Below, piece after piece: positions 11,001 to 20,000 of a stretch of DNA of 20,000 nt. The notes beneath the pieces were generated by a model, which saw only the letters and a list, made by a program, of their open reading frames with translations, searched no databases and was not told the DNA's origin. Origin of the DNA: Rotaria socialis (Eukaryota); NCBI GenBank assembly GCA_905331295.1, contig CAJNYD010000023.1:241578-261577 (forward strand), read 5' to 3'. A program made the position numbers and the translations under genes. Position 1 is the first letter of the stretch; every line of letters begins with the position of its first letter.

Positions 11001-14000
11001 GTTTTATCGAAAAAGTCTTTCTTTTTATTTATTAGTGTTATGCAAATAAAATTGATCCACTTGGTCAATGTATTTTGGCGTTGACATCAGATACGGAACG
11101 AGAAAAAGAATCGTTACTAACATTAAATCAACGTATTCAAGCATCACTTCGATATTTATTTTCCAAAGATAAAGAGTAAGAATTGCATAGAAAAGTAGAG
11201 CAATTTTTGATCATCTATATGAATTTAGTGTTCGAAAAACAGGTTATCGTCAATGTGTTGGCTATCTGCTAGCAAATACTCGTATAAGACTTGATGATTT
11301 TTATCAATTCTATCCAGCTGATAAATTATTTGATCTATTTGTTAATGCACAATCAATAAATAACGCAGAAATCTTAACAAAAGACTATGTTAATGTAATG
11401 TTCATGATAGAATTTATTGTTCTTTGTTTCTATAATTCTAGTTTTAGGTTGAAAGTTTTCTTCGTGTTTATACAATATTTACTGATCGCAATAAAATAGA
11501 TGCAAGCGTTCGTAAATCAGCACTTGAACAAATGGCAATGATGTTAACTGATCCATCATTGCATTCATCATTTCTCAATCATGGAGGTTTGGAAAAAGTT
11601 CTCGAAGAATTAAGATTAAATCTAAAACGTGATGACATTGTTTGCTCAGTAAGAAAAAAAACAATACCGATCAATAAATCCAAAACTTTGCTCCCTTTTT
11701 TGTTTTTGCTAGACGGATTATACTTCAACTGTTCCAGCGTGTACAAAAATAATTCGATTATTAATACAATATAATAGAAATTTACAAAAGAAATTTTCAT
11801 TAGATAATGAATTACTCAAGCTATTATTTAAAAGTATAAATTTGGCATATTTTCTTTTTCTTTGAATTTAAAAATTTATTTTGATAATATTTAGTAACTG
11901 TTTGTTGTCACAGTGATCTTGAAATTACTTCAAATCTAACTCATGCATTAGTATTACTACTTTTTGATCGAAGTCTACACATAACTTCATTATCGGATCA
12001 AGAATTTCAACAGCAAACATTTTCTATTGATTTTCTTTTGGCTAAAAAGTAAATGAATATTTTTTCGAAATAAATTTCATTGCCTTTTTATACTCGCAAT
12101 AAATTAGTTTTCAATTTCCTATGCGTGTTCCAATTCAAACATCAACATCATCAATAGTAACCACAGCATTGAATCGTCCTGATCCATTAAGAGAACCGAT
12201 TGTTCAACAAAAGTTCCGATTTGTTTGGAACACATTATGGCATGGCAATGTTCGACAACTAGATCAAGATATGGATACAAAATCATTTGATAATGATCAA
12301 CAAGTCGAGTATGTTCTAGTTTACAATAAAGAATTTACTCTTGGTTTTTTTTTATCTCATTAAAATGTCAGATTTCAAAGTAGTATGGTATTAAATGAAA
12401 ATGATCGAAAGTGTTTTTCATTAACATATACACGACGAACAATTCGTCTTGAGTTGAATCTATTAAATGAATCAAATAATCACGAATCCGTTATTGAAAC
12501 ATTAAATGCAATAAGATGTCTTCTCTTACTTGTGACACATGATAATGTTCATTTAATCGATTTTAATCAATTAGGAGCAATACTTGATAAGTAAGGATTC
12601 ATTGATTTTAAGATGAATTGAAGCAATTTTGAAAGATTTGTTAAGATATTTCAAAGTAGTTCCATCATCATGCCAAGATGAAAAACTTCTTCAATCAGTA
12701 TTCGAACTTCTTGAACAAATCTCGTATGGTTTACATCTATCAATAAAAAATGATGATCATCAATTTTTTAATTGGTTTAAACATATTCTATTAAATCCTT
12801 TTATATCGTTGGTCGCTTCCAATAAAGATTTTGTTGAATTACGACAAACAAAAAGGTTTTTATTCAACTATTTTCGTACTAAAATATATTTCGAATTTGT
12901 ATTTTTAGAGATCTACTAAAAAAATTATTTCGATTTCTATCATCATTTTATTCTCACTCAAATGTATCATCGGAATTTTTCACCGATAAACTTTTTGCAA
13001 ATATTTTGAATTATGTTCGACAAAGTAGTAGCCATACATTTTCGAAATTAACATTGATAACTGGTGCAATGGATGTTTTACATCATATTACAACAAAGTA
13101 ATGAGCTTTTAGATCGTTGATTTATTTATTTTTCTTTATCTTTTCGATTAGATCGAAATGGTTTGTCATATTTGATAATGAATATCTTCAACAAATGACG
13201 GATCTATTGATTGCTGTACGTAACTTTTAAGATTTAACAAAATTATTGGATATGTATAGAAACGATTGAACTCTAGATTACATATTTATATTTAGGTTAT
13301 TGAAACGTTTCACGAAGGACGTAAAGAAGCATCATCAGGATTTATGGCTTATGCTTTAATACGATCATCGTCTCAAACTTTGTTAAATGTAATATTAGCA
13401 ATGAAAAGTACAATCTCAACATCAAGTCGTCGACAAGAAATGGTAAATACGCGACAAGTTTTTGTATGGTATTTGTTTGATTTTTGCTTTCTTAGTCTCT
13501 TTTACAAGAATGGCTTGAAGCAACTAGATCATCGTTTGATTGGTTGAGAAATTTATGGTCTTATAAAGATACTGAAATTCGTGTCACATCCTATGCATTA
13601 ACAGCAGTTTTTATTACGGATGATTCTGGTCGTGATGTATTATTTTCATCACAGAATAGACTTGAAGAAGCACAACTATTGACGATTCTTGTTGATGAAG
13701 ATGAATGTAGTTTAGTTAAAGAACAAGTTAGATATTGATTGAATTTTTGTTTTATTGTCATTTCTAAATTTGTATTTATCTTCATGTAGGTATGTAATGT
13801 ACTAATTAATCTAACTTACACATTAATCGATGATGAAACTCAATTAGCAACTGGAGTAAGAATAGCATTTTTTGTTGTGATTTTATTACTTCTGTTTTTT
13901 TTCACTTTATTAGAATTCAATAGTTACACTTCCAGAATTAATATCGGCTATTAATGATTGTGATTTTATGCAACGTATTGGTTCAAGTGTTTTTTCAAAT

Positions 14001-16363
14001 CTATATCCATTTGTTGCACTTGATTTGGATGCACTTCGAATGAATCAAACAACATCATCACCTGTTTCACCTCTATTTCTTGGAAATTTATGTTCATTTC
14101 TGTTTAATTTAAATATGCTTGGGGTTCATCATGATACATTGGAATTAATTACATTACTTCTTTCGTATTTTGAATAATTTCACTAAGATAAGATAAGATA
14201 AATTTGATTTGTTTTCTTTATATTTAGTTTTCTTGATGTTCGTCCATTGGAATCCGAAGTGAATCGAAATGTAACAACACATGAATATCATTTTTTTCTT
14301 GATAATATGTTTTATATGTATACAAAAATTGCTCAATATTTACGACTTACGTTTGAATCAAATCCCGATATGATTAATGAAGCATTTACCAATGAAAATT
14401 TAATTCAAATCATTTCTCTTCTTGCTTATTTTCCTGAAAATAATTATGATAGATCAGAAAATTTTTGGCAAACAAAAATCAATCTTGCTCATTTAATTAT
14501 TCATATTTTACTTCAACAATGTCCAGTACTACATCAATTAACAAATAATACAATTGTTCACTTTGCATCAGAATTATTTAGTAAATTGTTCAAAAATTTA
14601 AATTAGTCATTTGTATTGCTTTTAATTTTCGTAGGTATTCTTACTCTACCATTACAAACCATGATCAATGGTTCGATTAGTGTTGCCATATCTATTTTAC
14701 TACAATTATTATCATTGTCAATAGCACAATGTACACTCGATCAAGAAAAAGAAACATGGAAGAAATTTTTTGATCATTCAACCGATAAAAATGGAATCAA
14801 AATTTTAAATCAACTAGTTTTAATCTATGAAAATCGACTTAATACAGAATCGAATGATACATTGAAATTGACTGTATCAAATATGATTAAATCATTATTA
14901 AATATTAGTGTAACAGCTAAACAAGAAGCTATCGACAGTAAGAATTAAAATAGAATGATGCTCTCTGCTATGTATGTAATTTTATTTTATAGGCGGTTTT
15001 ATTGAGTCTCAGATAGATCATCTTAAACGTATTCAAACAAAATTAACTCTATTTTCACTTCAATCAGATAAATGTGTGAGCAAAGTAAGCTTTTGTCATG
15101 GAATGAATTTTTTCTCATAATAGTTATTTATTTTAGGATGATGTACTAATTGATGAATGTGTTCAAGTTTTATCTATTCTTAACAATCTATCATTTGATT
15201 GTCCTTCTGCTAAAGTAATATTCTTAGTTAGTATTATCAAGTAATTTTTTTTCCGCAGGATATTCTTTCGTCAAGTGGTTTAATTCCATTTCTTCATCAA
15301 CTTTGGTGTTGGGCTATCGTTGATATTCAATTATTAAATGTTCTTCTTCTTCTTCTAATAACACTAACTGCAAAACATCGAAAAGGTTCGTAAAATTTTC
15401 TTAAATTCATAAAAAAAAATCAATCGATATTTGTTTCTGATATTTATGTTTATCTTCAGGTTGTGTCAGTGTGTGTAGTACAGTTCTTCCATCGACAAAT
15501 GCATTAGTTGTTCAAATACCTGATCAACAACGTCCACTGTCAAATTTACTTTCCTATATTCTTCGTCTTATAACAAAAGCATCATTATCAGCGGCAGCAA
15601 ATAATAATACTACTTCAAGCAAAAATCAAACCATTGAAATGGCCTTCGACGTGTTACAGAATTGTTCACTTGAAATTGAAGGACGAAGTATTGTGTATAA
15701 ATTAAATTTTTTTCAAATGTTTATTGATCATTTTGAACGTGTATCACGTGATATTAATCGATTTGATCGACGTTTTCTTGATGTTATTATTAATGTATCA
15801 TTTTTTACTGATGGACAAACTAATTTACTTAAAAGTGCCGGTAAAAATAAATCTTTGTTTTAGTGTTCAATATTTAAAATCTATCTTTAGAAATATTTGC
15901 TATTATAATTCGTCTTGCTCAAGCATCTTCATCTGCTATTTTACAACGGCAAGCTCTTCTCATTCTTCGAAATTTAGCTTTCTCTTCAACGAATAAAGCA
16001 AGAATTGTAGCTGAACGTAAGTTTTCGCTATAAAATATGACTTTAAAGAAATAAATCTAATCGAAAGTTTTATTTAGCTAAATCTATTCCAACGATCATG
16101 TCACATGTTCTTTCAAAAACATCCGATACAGCTTATATTGGACTAACTGCATTGTGGGCATTGATTGTCGATGCTCAAAAAGTAAATAACTGAATCTATT
16201 TCTGCTATGTATTATCTTTAATATTTTGAAGGGAAAAGTCGCTGTTCGAAGTAGCAATGTATTACCGGCTCTATTCGATGTCAAAACTCAACAACGGAAC
16301 AAAGAAAATCTATTGTGCTACCATGCTGTATCAAATGTTATTCAATTATTAACAGAAGATTAA
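8022..16363 (+). CDS. RTTN: Rotatin (Ana3 homolog; centriole/basal-body ARM/HEAT-repeat protein), about 38 exons, roughly 2050-2100 aa
   Basis: Exon 1 (8022-8073) and exon 2 (8124-8311) give MPEDDFDKSFSNLISKLGHPVEEIRLRALESLQAKL...LLEWFNFPSPPKREVVL, matching the rotatin N-terminal domain (KLGH..EIR.RAL, LLEWFNFP). Later motifs include VGAVDFF, FPFIHLTQSDR, DFPAELFLQR, VRKSALEQMAMMLTD and LLILRNLAF. An unbroken reading frame was traced through GT-AG introns of about 44-80 nt to the TAA at 16361-16363. AATAAA at 16405-16410. Individual internal junctions may be off by a few nt. Confidence 0.92.
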
Positions 16364-16489
16364 ATCTTTTTGTGTTTATATAAGTTTAATAATTGTAGTT
16401 CGCTAATAAATCTTATCATAGATAAGTCATTTCTACGCTTAGAAGTAGAAATAAAAATAAAATCCAAGGAACATTTTAATGGAACTCTA

Positions 16490-16748
16490 ACAGTCGGTTT
16501 CTATATTTTTACAGTCTTTTCGAGAAAACAATTTCAATAAAAAACTAATCAAAAAATGAAGCTCTTTTAAAAAAAACCAAATATTTCTATAGAATTCGTT
16601 TTGTTGAAAACTATCGGTTGAATCCGAATTTTTAAGATGAAGCTATTAGGCTCTTCACATCACATAACAAACCCTATCTTCCAGTTAGGACAATAAAACA
16701 ATATCCGATTACTGAGCAAGTCACTTCCTTTTCGGGACACCCATGTAC
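16490..16748. mobile_element. Possible Tc1/mariner-type MITE remnant (single terminus)
   Basis: Ends in cttccttttcgggacacccatgta, resembling the reverse complement of a TACAGGGTGTCCC-type terminal repeat with TA. No partner terminus is visible and the left boundary is a guess. Confidence 0.3.
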
Positions 16749-17083
16749 AAGACATTTGAACACAATATATTATCGTAGGATGTCATGCCCAAAGTTTGGT
16801 GAGGCTGAGTCTCACGGAGTTTATCTAAATTTTTTGCATTGGTGATGATCTAACCAAAACCTAATTCATTTGTTCGAGATGATCCAATGCTTATTAAAAA
16901 TCGTGGTTGATTTTGGTGACATGTCAAAGATATCGATGCATATCCAACAATTATTGATTAAAAACGAAGGAGAAGCACTGTTTTCACAACAATCAATCGA
17001 AACTCACCTTGACAAAGATAGTTTCAATGGTCACCAAAATTCCACATGAAATTGTTTTTCGGATTATCATTATCTATTTTAAT

Positions 17084-17404
17084 TAGGGATGTGCAATGTC
17101 GGTGTAAATACTGAAAAACTGACCACCAACTACACCGACGGTGTTCTCAGTGGAGCACCGACTACACTGTTATCGGTGTGACTGACACCGAACACACTGA
17201 GAACAGTGTAGTCGGTGCTCCACTGAGAACACCGTCGGTGCAAGTCAGTGCTCCACTGAACAGTGTCGGTGTAGTCGGTGCTCCACTGAAAACACCGTCG
17301 GTGCAATTCGGTGCTCCACTGGACAGTTTCGGTGTAGTCAGTGCTCCACTGAGCACACCGCCGGTGCAAGTCGGTGATCAGTATACCGACACTGCACATC
17401 CCTA
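17084..17404. mobile_element. Non-autonomous hAT-like DNA transposon (MITE), 321 bp
   Basis: Termini TAGGGATGTGCAATGTCGGT and ACCGACACTGCACATCCCTA (19/20 inverted match). Perfect 8-bp TSD ATTTTAAT at 17076-17083 and 17405-17412. GC-rich interior made of repeats. An 8-bp TSD and a (C/T)AGGGATG end are typical of hAT elements. Confidence 0.9.
17133..17351. repeat. Internal inverted and tandem repeats of the hAT-like MITE
   Basis: Perfect 39-bp inverted repeat 17133-17171 / 17202-17240. GTGCTCCACTG occurs at 17215, 17248, 17278, 17311 and 17341 (spacing 33, 30, 33, 30). Confidence 0.9.
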
Positions 17405-18164
17405 ATTTTAATCAAGAATTTTCTATTATTTGATGTCTATAATACGTTTCCAATAATTTTCACATTTGTTTGCTGAATGAAATGGCCAGAGTTGAGGACT
17501 ATCTTTTTTTCAAGAACTTGAATAATAATAAAATCAAATCATTATATACCATCAAAAAAGAGAGAAGGACGTACTTATAATAATTAGAGAATCGCATTTT
17601 AACAAACATGCCTGTTAACAGCTAGTTGACTTAACTTGTATCCTTGCAAAATAAGCAAGTAACGCGACGTAAGCGTCGCTAATCCTCTACTGAAATGGAT
17701 GACCATGTTTGATAAATAATAAACAATCATACAAATTTTGGCGTAAGAATTCAACAATGCTATTTTCCATATCTTTCTGTAGTGATAAGTGTATCCAACG
17801 TATTATTAGTTCGAGAGAGTTTTTAATATTTAATTTGATTCTTTTAATAAACCAAAGTTTCGTGAGAAGTCTATTCTGTCGTTTTGAAACATTCGGATTG
17901 AAACCTATAAATAAGAATACCGTTTGAATTAGATTTTATCCTTACAAACGATCCAAATATGAAATTATTGCTAAACGATAACATCCCAGGTACCTCTTTG
18001 TAGGGGAAGACATTGGGATAGGATGAATAAATATATGGTACTCGTAAAGTAACAATTCATCAAATGTATTTACATTGTAATTCAATAAAAGATATTACTC
18101 ATAATCGTTAAATAAATCTTCTCGTGAAACCTCGATCGGGCATTATATCTGTAAAAGAAAACTA

Positions 18165-18510
18165 CCCAGGTGAATCAATCCGATACCGTATCCGATCGGA
18201 TTCTATGGGGTCCTACCATCCGACGAAATCCCGTTGGATTCCTCGTTGAGGAATCAATGTAGGATTCGACATTCGTATTTCCAATGATATCCGATTGTCG
18301 GAACCAATGAAATCCGAAGCATTCCGGTTTCGATTGACGGTTACTGTCGGATTTTATTAGTTTCTGATATTAGGATCCGATATCGATTCCGGAACCAGGA
18401 ATCCGACGATAATCCGATCGTTTCCTTGCGCCTCCCGAAGAGCTCCGTCAGATTCCAAAAGGAACCGATCAAAACTCATCGGATCCTAGGCTAGGATTCA
18501 TTCTCCTGGG
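18165..18510. mobile_element. Non-autonomous DNA transposon (MITE), 346 bp, superfamily unassigned
   Basis: Termini CCCAGGTGAATCAATCC and GGATTCATTCTCCTGGG (15/17 inverted match), flanked by TA on both sides (18163-18164, 18511-18512). The interior is GC-elevated with many ATCCGA/TCGGAT/GGATTC motifs. Confidence 0.8.
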
Positions 18511-19452
18511 TAAGTATTTTTTTGAATAGAAAATGGTTTGACGACACTATGAATTCATCTTTCTGTACGTTTGACCATATCCCTTGATCAAAAAACGTCT
18601 AAAAATCAAATTCGAATGATATATGTACGATCCATTTACAATATTTCTGTTTTCTATTTGTATTCGTTTCAATTTTGTTTTTCATCAATCGAATAAAAGC
18701 TTCTACCTAAACATTTAGGATTTCATAATATCAATTTTATTGTTCTCTTCAAAAGGAATAAAAAAATGTATTTACATACGAATCAGAAGTGAACAACATT
18801 GAAACTGACGGAATAATTGATTCTTGTTTTTTTTCTCTGACACCTCTAAATTCCCTTTCATATTTATCGTTGGAGAAAGTAAACGTATTTAGAGTAATAC
18901 TTCCTCATCGTGACAATATAAATAATCAAATAGCTATACTTTTATATTTGACAAAAAAGGCGATTATTTCATGCGATAAGATTTAATTTTGAAGACTTAA
19001 AAATACAAATAAATTTCATCTTTTTCATTACTTGTTCTTTACTGTTTCTTTTTAAATATAGAAACTGAATGTTCATATCAAGATTTAATTGAAAAATAAG
19101 TCATAAACGTTGAGCAATTTTTGTATACATGTAAACATGTAAAACATCATCTAGAAAAATAAATATAAAAGATCGTCAATAATTGTTGTTGGTGCATATA
19201 CGATGTAACACGACAACATAAAAGATCAATTAGCCGTCTAGTCAATACTACAAGATTTGTTTTTTTTGTCACTCTTAGGAATGCTTGTGATCTTTACGAT
19301 CAATTGCATACCAATCAATCAAAAACATCAAAAGACCACTTTATGTAGTGAGCGGAATGTTAAATTTTACAAATAGAAATGAAATTCATTTGATCTCGAT
19401 TGCTTACCAATTGTCTAATTATTACGAATAACAAAAATGACTATAAATATCA

Positions 19453-19766
19453 ATGATTTTTAACATTAGAAATCATTCCCCATCTTTCTTTCTCTTCTTC
19501 TTACATTATTATATGTATATTTTATTTCTTAACTATTTTAACTTGTATTCACAATTACCATTGTTCAATATCACAGGTAAGTATTATTTTAGTTTTTTAA
19601 TTTATTTTTTCGTTGTCTCAGTTTTTTATCCCATTTATTTATTTTAATTTTTATATAATTATAATTGTCTTTCTATTTTCATTTTAGTTTCAATTTTACT
19701 TTTTCTATTTTTATTTTGTATGATTATAATTGTTTTTCTATTTTCTATTTTAGTAATACAAAAAGA
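19453..19766 (+). other. Possible 5' exons of a plus-strand gene running out of the window
   Basis: Open frame from ATG 19453 to a strong donor CAG|GTAAGT at 19576/19577. A T-rich intron ends TTTTAG at 19753, followed by a 13-nt exon (19754-19766) and another GTAAGT donor. No recognisable protein. Confidence 0.3.
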
Positions 19767-20000
19767 GTAAGTATGGTTCTGTAAATATGCATATATTTTT
19801 ACGTCCTACGGAGGCCTTCCATACATCGGCGTGAAACTGGCCAAGCCTACCTTGGTGCCCATAGCACGTACAGGCCGCATGTAGATCTTCCTGTTGTATG
19901 TTCTATACACGCTAGATCTATGTCTGTACGTGAAGAATAGAAAAAGAAACGAACAAAGAAAAAACAATTCACAAGTCTTATTCGATAGAAAATCGTTGAA

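Noticed and set aside
17200..17390. CRISPR-like regularly spaced repeats
   Set aside because: The intervening sequences are themselves repeats rather than unique spacers. The array lies inside TIRs with a TSD, the context is eukaryotic, and there are no cas genes.
17130..17405. Three overlapping ORFs (89, 64 and 75 aa) with repetitive peptides
   Set aside because: They are by-products of the GC-rich MITE repeats and show no transposase motifs.
16780..17520. Possible pseudogene fragment interrupted by the hAT-like MITE
   Set aside because: All frames examined contain stops and no recognisable protein motif. It cannot be supported without a database search.
17709..18986. Short ORFs 17709-17927 and 18789-18986
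   Set aside because: Non-ATG starts, AT-biased composition, and no splice or homology support.

Overview
AT-rich eukaryotic (animal) genomic DNA with very short GT-AG introns (mostly about 45-80 nt). The style suggests a compact invertebrate genome such as a bdelloid rotifer; this is an inference, not proven. Four spliced gene models could be built by hand. On the minus strand, three genes are tightly packed head-to-tail: prefoldin subunit 2 (7062-7553), WWOX (5043-6919, 9 exons, about 408 aa) and an unidentified low-complexity protein of about 1229 aa (334-4789, 6 exons) with an RS tract and a C-terminal EEGEI motif. On the plus strand, transcribed divergently from PFDN2, is rotatin (8022-16363, about 38 exons). 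The gene-poor right end carries a hAT-like MITE with an 8-bp TSD (17084-17404), a TA-flanked CCCAGG...CCTGGG MITE (18165-18510) and weaker transposon remnants. A further decayed inverted-repeat element sits in the one long intron of the first gene. The most interesting leads are the operon-like spacing with apparently unpaired splice acceptors (possible SL trans-splicing) and the possible ARS2-binding motif in the orphan protein. No prokaryotic systems, CRISPR arrays or RNA genes are supported.
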